This document shows, piece after piece, positions 1-8,900 of a DNA stretch of 64,000 nt (positions are counted from its first letter, which is position 1; every line of letters begins with the position of its first letter). The DNA lies in the NCBI GenBank assembly GCA_964016885.1, contig OZ024745.1, positions 2,108,001 to 2,172,000 on the forward strand, in the 5' to 3' direction. The position numbers were made by a program, and so were the translations under genes. The notes below the pieces were generated by a model. It was not told the origin of the DNA. It saw nothing but the letters and a program-made list of their open reading frames with translations, and made no database searches. Source of the DNA: Eledone cirrhosa. Its lineage: Eukaryota.

Positions 1-176
1 TGCCCCAGGCACTCAGCTGAGACAGCGAGCACCAGCAATAGCTGGGGAGTTAATCCTGTGATGGACTAGAGTCCTGTCCAGGGAGAGTCTTGTACTCTTA
101 GTTGCCTAACGCTAAGTAAACCAGGAATAAGGACCACCCTGGTGGACCTTTGGCTTAGAACAGATTTTAACTTTAA
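1..176 (+). mobile_element. 3' part of a SINE with a Meta-domain-like segment (5' end outside the window)
   Basis: CCTGTGATGGACTAGAGTCCTGTCCAGGGAGAGT...GTTGCCTAACGCTAAGTAAACCAGG resembles the conserved CCTGCGATGGACTAGCATCCCATCCAGGGGGAGT...GAAACCGG segment that I associate with invertebrate MetaSINEs. It ends in a short TTTAAC/TTTAA tail. The family assignment is from memory. Confidence 0.45.
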
Positions 177-177
177 T

Positions 178-546
178 GTGTATCCTTGAGCAAGACACTT
201 TATTTCACATTGCTTCAGTCTACTCAGCTGGAGAAACAATGAGTTATAGTCTAACAGCCCGTCACACATTACATGACGTCACACATTACATGACGTCACA
301 CATTACATGACGTCACACATTACATGACGTCACACATTACATGGCGTCACACATTACGTGACGTCACACATTACGTGACGTCACACATTACATGATGTCA
401 CACATTACATGGCGTCACACATTACATGACGTCACACATTACATGACACACCGGGTCACGCTTAATATCTCTGAGAATTACATTATGGGTGACACATATT
501 TGTGGAATGCTCAGTCAATTGCACGTTAGTTTCAAGAACAAGCTGT
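178..546 (+). mobile_element. 5'-truncated cephalopod-type SINE interrupted by a 17-bp minisatellite
   Basis: 183-244 (TCCTTGAGCAAGACACTTTATTTCACATTGCTTCAGTCTACTCAGCTG) aligns with the reverse complement of the SINE body at 4857-4915. Sequence after the array (GTCACGCTTAATATCTCTGAGAATTAC...TGTGGAATGCTCAGTCAATTGCACGTTAGTTTCA) matches my recollection of the 3' body of an Octopus SINE. Confidence 0.65.
261..447. repeat. 17-bp minisatellite GTCACACATTACATGAC x11
   Basis: Eleven exact-length units starting at 261, 278, ... 431. Variants ATGGC (units 5, 9), ACGTGAC (6, 7) and ATGAT (8). Seven unit junctions read TGACGTCA. Confidence 0.97.
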
Positions 547-766
547 ATTACAAGTATGACCCTTGAACCCTTAAACTGGATGGAAGATCTAGAACAACAA
601 TATGTCTGATTTGCATAAATTATGAATATTATTTGCATACTCCAGGATATTCACAGGTCATGGCGAACTCTGGAAATTAATTAAACGAATATTTAAGAGA
701 TTGGGGGGTTTTTTTACTCGTTCTAGTCCACAATTTCTAATTTCACATTAACTGATAACTGCTAAC

Positions 767-844
767 TAATAATAATTATTATTATGACAACAACAACAAC
801 TTCTAATAATAATAATAATAATAATACTACTAATAATAATAATA

Positions 845-882
<38 letters not shown>
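767..882. repeat. Compound (AAT)n/(CAA)n microsatellite
   Basis: Direct reading: AATAAT.., ACAACAACAAC, then a long AAT run with occasional ACT/AGT units. Confidence 0.95.
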
Positions 883-883
<1 letters not shown>

Positions 884-888
884 TCCAA

Positions 889-1427
<539 letters not shown>

Positions 1428-1564
1428 ATACCGCAATCAACAGAGGAACAAATAACAAATGATGGATAATAAATAAGCTGTGAATTATTAATAAATAGAT
1501 AAGTGAAAGCAAATGATGAATACTGATCAGCACTGAATAAATAACTGAATAAATAAATAAATAA

Positions 1565-1641
1565 GTAAATAAATGAATAAATTAATAAATGAGTAAATAA
1601 ATGAATAAATTAATAAATGGGTAAATAAATGAATAAATTAA
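1565..1641. repeat. 28-bp AT-rich tandem repeat (~2.7 copies) built from AAAT/GAAT
   Basis: GTAAATAAATGAATAAATTAATAAATG(A/G) starts at 1565, 1593 and 1621. Confidence 0.85.
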
Positions 1642-1756
1642 AATTCGATATTAAGCAAATTAAAATTCAATAATTAAAAATAATAAATCTTGATAAAAAA
1701 AATTTGACAGTGATAATAATGAACCATATATCATGAATAACGTAGAAATATAGATA

Positions 1757-1809
1757 TCTTCTTCTTCTTCTTCTTCTTCTTCTTCTTCTTCTTCTTCTTC
1801 TTCTTCTTC
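1757..1809. repeat. (TTC)n run, read as the (GAA)n 3' tail of the adjacent minus-strand LINE
   Basis: About 17 perfect units directly abutting the RTE C-terminal coding remnant. RTE-clade LINEs typically end in short tandem-repeat tails. Confidence 0.85.
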
Positions 1810-2156
1810 CTGAGAAAGTCGTGGGGCCAGAGTCCTCAAGCACTCCCTCCAGCAGGTCCTGTCACAAGCAACCGTCTCCAACTGGTCCGGCTGAATCCCC
1901 AAGTGAGACCAGCCAAGCTCATGAATGTTATCCAACCATCTTGCTCGGGGTCTACCTCTGGGTTTCCTGCCAGTTGGTTTTGCCTGTAAAATCTGTCCAG
2001 CCATTCTTTCCTGAGACATTCTAACCACATGTCCGTAGTATTGGAGCTGTGATCTCTTAATTCAGAGAAGTAGCGGCGCTACCTGGAATGACACTTTGAT
2101 CTCAGAGATACACACTTTATCGAGTAACGTTACTACAAAGACCCTTTGGAGTAACC
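1757..2156 (-). mobile_element. 5'-truncated RTE-clade LINE, 3' end
   Basis: The minus strand translates LQRVFVVTLLDKVCISEIKVSFQVAPLLL*IKRSQLQYYGHVVRMSQERMAGQILQAKPTGRKPRGRPRARWLDNI. This is the typical RTE C-terminal pattern (L.D+VR..EIR ... GHVxRM ... G.R.RGRP..RW.D.I), with one internal TGA and a GAA tail. Confidence 0.88.
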
Positions 2157-2251
2157 TATATATAAATACATGGTATATATATATAAATACATTATGGATA
2201 TATTAATATTATATACAGATGATACGTAATCATTTATCGTATTTCTAACGA

Positions 2252-2297
2252 GAGGAACAGTCGATTTAATCGACCCGAGTGTGTGATTGTTACTTAC
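2252..2297 (-). mobile_element. Short SINE fragment
   Basis: AGTCGATTTAATCGACCCGAGTGTGTGATTGTTACTTA resembles the GTCGAT..ATCGACCCCAGT..ACTGGTACTTA segment of the same SINE family (compare reverse complement of 4580-4607). Confidence 0.5.
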
Positions 2298-2339
2298 ATC
2301 ATTTAAAATAAATTTAGTAATAATATAAAGTAAAATAAT

Positions 2340-2524
2340 TGTTTCTACTTTTGGTACAAGGCCAGCAAATACCCAGTGTATTACTGGTACTTTATGTTAT
2401 CGACCCCATAAGGATGAAAGGCAAAGTTAACCTCGGCGGGATTTGAACTCAGAATGGCAAGGGCCGTAACTCTATGCGTCAAAGCATGGCGTCCGACCCT
2501 CTACCGATACTGCCAATCCACCGC
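2340..2524 (-). mobile_element. tRNA-derived SINE, both ends present, with candidate TSD
   Basis: Minus-strand Pol III box A-like TGGCAGTATCGG (2504-2515) and box B GAGTTCAAATCC (2439-2450), body ...CTTTGCCTTTCATCCTTATGGGGTCGATAA...GTACCAGT, and 3' end GGCCTTGTACCAAAAGTAGAAAC. TAAAATAAT flanks both sides (2331-2339 and 2525-2533). Confidence 0.85.
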
Positions 2525-2636
2525 TAAAATAATGTTCAAAATACAGTAGAGTAGATAAGTTAATAGAAAAGCAAATAAGAGTTCATTGATAATAGGTAAT
2601 AAAAAAATATATTTTGTTAATATATTTCACTGTAAT

Positions 2637-2740
2637 GCGGTGATTTGGGCAGAATTGGTACAGCGCCTGGCTTCAAATGCCGTCGCGGTAAGCTTTGCCT
2701 TTCGTCCTTTCGGTGTAAAATAAAACAACATCCAAGTACT
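2637..2740 (+). mobile_element. Degenerate SINE copy of the same family, internally deleted
   Basis: GCGGTGATTTGGGCAGAATTGGTA...GCTTCAAATGCCGTCGCGGTAAGCTTTGCCTTTCGTCCTTTCGG aligns with the reverse complement of 2400-2524. Confidence 0.7.
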
Positions 2741-2790
2741 GCTGCCGAATCTTCCTTTATTTCTCTTTATCATTCTCTTTCTTTCTTCCT

Positions 2791-2855
2791 CCGGAAGTAA
2801 TACGATGCCCCAAGACTCGTCACGTGTCAAGACGGCACAACTCTTTGGCGCCATC
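2791..2855. promoter_or_regulatory. Possible core-promoter motif cluster (ETS, E-box, YY1-like)
   Basis: CCGGAAGT at 2791-2798, GTCACGTGTC at 2819-2828 and GGCGCCATC at 2847-2855, in a short CpG-containing non-repeat patch. Motif matches only. Confidence 0.25.
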
Positions 2856-3538
2856 ATAAATTAAGAGCAGTTTACATTAAAAAAAAAAAAAATTTGACTG
2901 CTACTTATTTTTTTGTCGCCAAGAACGACAACTCCCGGACACTTGATTTAACCACAACGAGCTAAAGTAAAAACTGAACGGAGACATCCTAAAGGATGTT
3001 GTACAAGGATTCAGCTTAAATGTTTCTCTTTGTCTCCAAGCAGTGAATTGAAACATCTTCAACCAAACCAAATTTGGAATTATCAGAGTTATCCAATTGT
3101 CAATCTTCAGCTTTCTCCTAAAAGAAGCAATGGCTCCAGGTGAGTGATCTTAATTGCCTTAAACCGTAATACATCAAAGATATTTGTTCCTTTTCAGCCC
3201 AGGAAGCAGGTATGGGCATGGTGTCAATGTAATTAAACATGGAGGAGTTCTTCTCAATCTAATACATGTTTTCTTCAGAATTAATTTAATTGATCTTCTT
3301 AAACCAAACACTGAGTTGTGTCCTATTGTATCGTTATTTTATCGCTGTCTTTTAACTAAGACTGGTTTGAAAACATCTCTGAGACTCTTTTGTTGCCAGT
3401 TCAGGCAAGTGTAGCTTCGACTTATATGAAATAGTTACACACGCTGGCCGTAATTACCAGAACGGTGAACACAATAATCCCGAAATCCTTCTCAAGCATG
3501 ATTCGTCAAAAGATTTGAATTTAGACAGAAACTGTTCC

Positions 3539-4364
3539 GCATTTGTGTAATAATTGTTTCTACTTTAGGCACAAGGCCAGCAATTACCCAATGCATTTGA
3601 GTAATAATTGTTTCTACTTTAGGCACAAGGCCAGCAATTACCCAATGCATTTGTGTAATAATTGTTTCTATTTTAGGCACAAGGCCAGCAATTACCCAGT
3701 GCATTTGTGTAATAATTGTTTCTACTTTAGGCACAAGGCCAGCAATTACCCAATGCATTTGTGTAATAATTGTTTCTACTTTAGGCACAAGGCCAGCAAT
3801 TACCCAGTGCATTTGAGTAATAATTGTTTCTACTTTAGGCACAAGGCCAGCAATTACCCAATGCATTTGTGTAATAATTGTTTCTACTTTAGGCACAAGG
3901 CCAGCAATTACCCAGTGCATTTGAGTAATAATTGTTTCTACTTTAGGCACAAGGCCAGCAATTACCCAATGCATTTGAGTAATAATTGTTTCTACTTTAG
4001 GCACAAGGCCAGCAATTACCCAGTGCATTTGAGTAATAATTGTTTCTACTTTAGGCACAAGGCCAGCAATTACCCAATGCATTTGAGTAATAATTGTTTC
4101 TACTTTAGGCACAAGGCCAGCAATTACCCAGTGCATTTGAGTAATAATTGTTTCTACTTTAGGCACAAGGCCAGCAATTACCCAATGCATTTGAGTAATA
4201 ATTGTTTCTACTTTAGGCACAAGGCCAGCAATTACCCAGTGCATTTGAGTAATAATTGTTTCTACTTTAGGCACAAGGCCAGCAATTACCCAATGCATTT
4301 GTGTAATAATTGTTTCTACTTTAGGCACAAGGCCAGCAATTACCCAGTGCATTTGAGTAATAAT
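3539..4364. repeat. 54-bp minisatellite x15 derived from a SINE 3' end
   Basis: Unit GTAATAATTGTTTCTACTTTAGGCACAAGGCCAGCAATTACCCA(A/G)TGCATTTG(A/T). It matches 2335-2382 at 44/48 positions. The A/G site alternates strictly from unit 2 onward. Confidence 0.97.
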
Positions 4365-4485
4365 GATTTCGTTTTTGTTGCTGTAAAGAATTGTCATTGC
4401 TTCGATACTTCGCTTTCTCTCGTGTGGTTGTTTTGATTCTTTTGGAGAACTGCATCCTTTCTTCCACAGAGTGAAAGAGAGAAAG

Positions 4486-4607
4486 GAGGAGGCTGAGAAA
4501 GAGTTAAGTACTGGACTGGTATTTTTTTCAAATCCAGTCGAGGTCAACTTTACTTTTCTTCTTTTTGAGATCGATAAAAACCTACCAGTCCGTTACTTGG
4601 GTCGATT
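4486..4607 (+). mobile_element. Degenerate SINE fragment (same family as 2340-2524)
   Basis: TTCAAATCCAGTCGAGGTCAACTTTACTTTTCTTCTTTTTGAGATCGATAAAAACCTACCAGT parallels TTCAAATCCCGCCGAGGTTAACTTTGCCTTTCATCCTTATGGGGTCGATAACATAAAGTACCAGT (reverse complement of 2383-2447). The 5' limit is uncertain. Confidence 0.65.
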
Positions 4608-4711
4608 CTCTCTATATATCCTTTTCTCACTTACATCTCTCCCAGTCTTTGGGGGTGGGGGAATTGACAGTGTTACAACCCGGAGAGGTGATGAGATCCG
4701 CCATGTTTAAA

Positions 4712-4757
4712 ATACCCCTGACATGCCCCAGGCATACCCCAGACATGCCTAGACATG
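4712..4757. repeat. 11-bp tandem repeat AT(A/G)CCCCAGAC, ~4 copies; resumes at 4998-5023
   Basis: ATACCCCTGAC ATGCCCCAGGC ATACCCCAGAC ATGCCTAGAC ATG. The same unit recurs as CCCAGAC ATACCCCAGAC ATACCCCT at 4998-5023. Confidence 0.8.
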
Positions 4758-4856
4758 TGACAGCTCACACCTATGCAGGTTTAGCTGGCCTCCTCCAAGG
4801 TATATCATGTTGGAGGTGTCTTCGGTAATTTAATGATAGGGACCCCAGTCCTATCA

Positions 4857-4994
4857 TCTCATTTCTACAGCTGAGTAAACTGGAGCAACGTTAAATAAAG
4901 TGTCTTGCTCAAGGAAACAACATATCACCCGGTCCGAGAATTGAACTCACAACCTTTCGATTACAATGCTCTAACCACTAAGCCATGCGCCTTC
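4857..4994 (-). mobile_element. tRNA-derived SINE 5' half (second family)
   Basis: Reverse complement GAAGGCGCATGGCTTAGTGGTTAGAGC...GAGTTCAATTCTCGG has box A TGGCTTAGTGG (4975-4985) and box B GTTCAATTC (4938-4946). A CORE-like body CCTTGAGCAAGACACTT follows, shared with 183-244. Confidence 0.85.
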
Positions 4995-5140
4995 TCACCC
5001 AGACATACCCCAGACATACCCCTATGGTTCCCCATCAGTTATAGGTCCAACTGGAGTGAGAAACGAAGGCCTATCACTCCGTTACTACGAGACTATGTTA
5101 CCCCTTCCCTTCTCGCCGCTAATTTTCTTTCATGTTCATA

Positions 5141-5316
5141 TGTGTGTGTGTGTGTGTGTAGTGACGGTGTATGTGTATAGGGTGAGTGTGTGTATGTGTG
5201 TGTATTGTGTGAGTGTGTGTATGAGTGTGTGTGTGTGTGAGTGTGTGTATAGTGTGAGTGTGTGTGTGTATGAGTGTGTGTATATGTGAGTGTGTGTGTA
5301 TGTGGGGGGGGGGGGT
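5141..5316. repeat. Degenerate (GT)n microsatellite ending in poly-G
   Basis: Direct reading. This is the source of the CV/HT ORFs. Confidence 0.95.
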
Positions 5317-5508
5317 GTATCTGCAATACTCTTCAACTGAACTATTCAGAGAGCGATACCCTATTATAATTAATTAAATATTTATTTTGTTATATAAAGT
5401 TAAATTAATTTTTAATATATTTTACAATTTCCCGACTCCATTCAAAGTGGAATATTCAATCAAAGTAGACAGATTTAATTTAAAACCGTAGATATTTTAA
5501 AGTAAACA

Positions 5509-5511
<3 letters not shown>

Positions 5512-5545
<34 letters not shown>

Positions 5546-5623
5546 GTGTGTGTGTGTGATATATATATATATATATATATACGTGTGTGTGTGATATATA
5601 TATATATATATACGTGTGTGTGT
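5512..5623. repeat. Three tandem (AT)n-AC-(GT)n compound units
   Basis: G(AT)nAC(GT)n is repeated three times with shrinking AT arms. Confidence 0.9.
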
Positions 5624-5860
5624 ACCATAGGTTAGATATAATACACATTGAAAGCGCTAATATAAATTTTAATAAAGGTCATATAATCATGAATTTGTGT
5701 AAATGTGATGTGACCAGCTAAAGTGGAGCTTATTCCTCCCTGTTTTCCATGATACCAACAATATATAATATACCAGTAATTGTAAACATCTTTGAGCTTA
5801 AATTATCATAGAGCCTCGTTGTATTATTGTTCTGCACCTAACTTATGAGTCCCTCATATA

Positions 5861-5907
5861 TTATCAACATATGGTAAGGTAAAGTCGACCCCGATGAGGT
5901 TTGAACT
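5861..5907 (-). mobile_element. SINE fragment (box B region) abutting the large satellite
   Basis: AAGGTAAAGTCGACCCCGATGAGGTTTGAACT aligns with AAGGCAAAGTTAACCTCGGCGGGATTTGAACT at 2418-2449. Confidence 0.6.
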
Positions 5908-5925
5908 GTGATCTTAAAACATCAA

Positions 5926-8900
5926 ACCAGCCTATATATAAAATATCCTATGTCAAATGTCTTATATATAGAATATCCTATATATAAGACATTTGACCTG
6001 CCTATATATAGAATATCCTATATATAAGACATTTGACCTCCCTATATATAGAATATCCTATATATAAGACATATGACCTGCCTATATACAGAATACCCTA
6101 TATATAAGACATTTGATCAGCCTATATACAGAATACCCTATATATAAGACATTTGACCTGCCTATATATAGAATATCCTATATATAAGACATTTGACCAG
6201 CCTATATATAAGATATCCTATATATAAGACATTTGACCAGCCTATATATAAAATATCCTATATATAAGACATTTGACCAGCGTATATATAAAATAACCTA
6301 TGTATAAGACATTTGACCAGCCTATATATAGAATAACCTATATATAAGACATTTGACCTGCCTATATATAGAATATCCTATATATAAGACATTTGACCAG
6401 CCTATATATAAGATATCCTATATATAAGACATTTGACCTCCCTATATATAAAATAACCTATGTATAAGACATTTGACCTGCCTATATATAAGATATCCTA
6501 TATATGAGATATTTTACCTGCCTATATATAGAATGTCCTATATATAAGACATTTGATCTGCCTATATATAGAATATCCTATATATAAGACATTTGACCTG
6601 CCTATATATAGAATGTCCTATATATAAGACATTTGACCTGCCTATATATAGAATATCCTATATATAAGACATTTGACCTGCCTATATATAAAATAAACTA
6701 TATATAAGACATTTGACCAGCCTATATATAGAATATCCTATATATAAGACATTTGACTTCCCTATATATAGAATATCCTATATATAAGACATTTGACCTC
6801 CTTATATATAGAATATCCTATATATAAGACATTTGATCTGCCTATATATAGAATACCCTATATATAAGACATTTGACCAGCCTATATATAGAATATCCTA
6901 TATATAAGACATTTGACCTCCCTATATATAGAATATCCTATATATAAGACATTTGACCAGCCTATGTATAAAATAACCTATGTATAAGACATTTGATCAG
7001 CCTGTATATAGAATACCCTATATATAAGACATTTGACCTGCCTATATATAAAATAACCTATGTATAAGACATTTGACCAGCCTATATATAAAATATCCTA
7101 TATATAAGACATTTGTCCAGCGTATATATAAAATAACCTATGTATAAGACATTTGACCAGCCTATATATAGAATAACCTATATATAAGACATTTGACCTG
7201 CCTATATATAGAATATCCTATATATAAGACATTTGACTAGCCTATATATAAGATATCCTATATATAAGACATTTGACCTCCCTATATATAAAATAACCTA
7301 TGTATAAGACATTTGACCAGCCTATATATAAGATATCCTATATATAAGACATTTGACCAGCCTATATATAAAATATCCTATATATAAGACATATGACCAG
7401 CCTATATATAAAATAACCTATGTATAAGATATTTGACCAGCCTATATATAGAATGTCCTATATATAAGACATTTGACCTGCCTATATATAGAATATCCTA
7501 TATATAAGACATTTGACCTGTCTATATATAGAATGTCCTATATATAAGACATTTGACCTGCCTATATATAGAATATCCTATATATAAGACATTTGACCTG
7601 CCTATATATAAAATAAACTATATATAAGACATATGACCTGCCTATATACAGAATACCCTATATATAAGACATTTGATCAGCCTATATACAGAATACCCTA
7701 TATATAAGACATTTGACCTCCCTATATATAGAATATCCTATATATAAGACATTTGACCAGCCTATATATAAGATATCCTATATATAAGACATTTGACCAG
7801 CCTATATATAGAATATCCTATATATAAGACATTTGACCTGCCTATATATAGAATATCCTATATATAAGACATTTTACCTGCCTATATATAGAATGTCCTA
7901 TATATAAGACATTTGACCTGCCTATATATAGAATATCCTATATATAAGACATTTGACCTGCCTATATATAGAATGTCCTATATATAAGACATTTGACCTG
8001 ACTATATATAGAATATCCTATATATAAGACATTTGACCTGCCTATATATAAAATAAACTATATATAAGACATTTGACCAGCCTATATATAGAATATCCTA
8101 TATATAAGACATTTGACTTCCCTATATATAGAATATCCTATATATAAGACATTTGACCTCCTTATATATAGAATATCCTATATATAAGACATTTGACCTG
8201 CCTATATATAGAATACCCTATATATAAGACATTTTCCAGCCTATATATAGAATATCCTATATATAAGACATTTGACCTCCCTATATATAGAATATCCTAT
8301 ATATAAGACATTTGACCAGCCTATGTATAAAATAACCTATGTATAAGACATTTGATCAGCCGTTATATAGAATACCCTATATATAAGATATTTGACCTGC
8401 CTATATATAAAATAACCTATGTATAAGACATTTGACCAGCCTATATATAAAATATCCTATGTATAAGACATTTGACCAGCCTATTTATAGAATAACCTAT
8501 ATATAAGACATTTGACCTGCCTATATATAGAATATCCTATATATAAGACATTTGACCAGCCTATATATAAGATATCCTATATATAAGACATTTGACCTCC
8601 CTATATATAAAATAACCTATGTATAAGACATTTGACCAGCCTATATATAATATATCCTATATATAAGACATTTGACCAGCCTATATATAAAATATCCTAT
8701 ATATAAGACATATGACCAGCCTATATATAAAATAACCTATGTATAAGACATTTGACCAGCCTATATATAGAATGTCCTATATGTAAGACATTTGACCTGC
8801 CTATATATAGAATATCCTATATATAAGACATTTGACCAACCTATATATAGAATGTCCTATATATAAGACATTTGACCAGCCTATATATAAAATATCCTAT

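Noticed and set aside
2627-2857. 76-aa minus-strand ORF MMAPKSCAV... as a host gene
   Set aside because: Its 3' half runs through a SINE remnant, no homology is recognised and no clear splice donor was seen. It is retained only as a motif cluster.
2900-3540. Protein-looking minus-strand frame (IEKNSSMFNYIDTMPIPASWAEKEQ...) as a pseudogene or alternative genetic code
   Set aside because: About nine stops of all three types in ~200 codons is near random expectation, and no family is recognisable.
3492-4547. 351-aa and 297-aa ORFs with 18-aa repeats (including a Cys/His-rich one resembling a metal-binding repeat)
   Set aside because: They are a by-product of a 54-bp (3n) unit lacking stops in two frames. 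The unit is SINE-derived and both strands are open.
4930-4994. tRNA gene
   Set aside because: It has A/B boxes but no convincing cloverleaf, and it continues into a SINE body.
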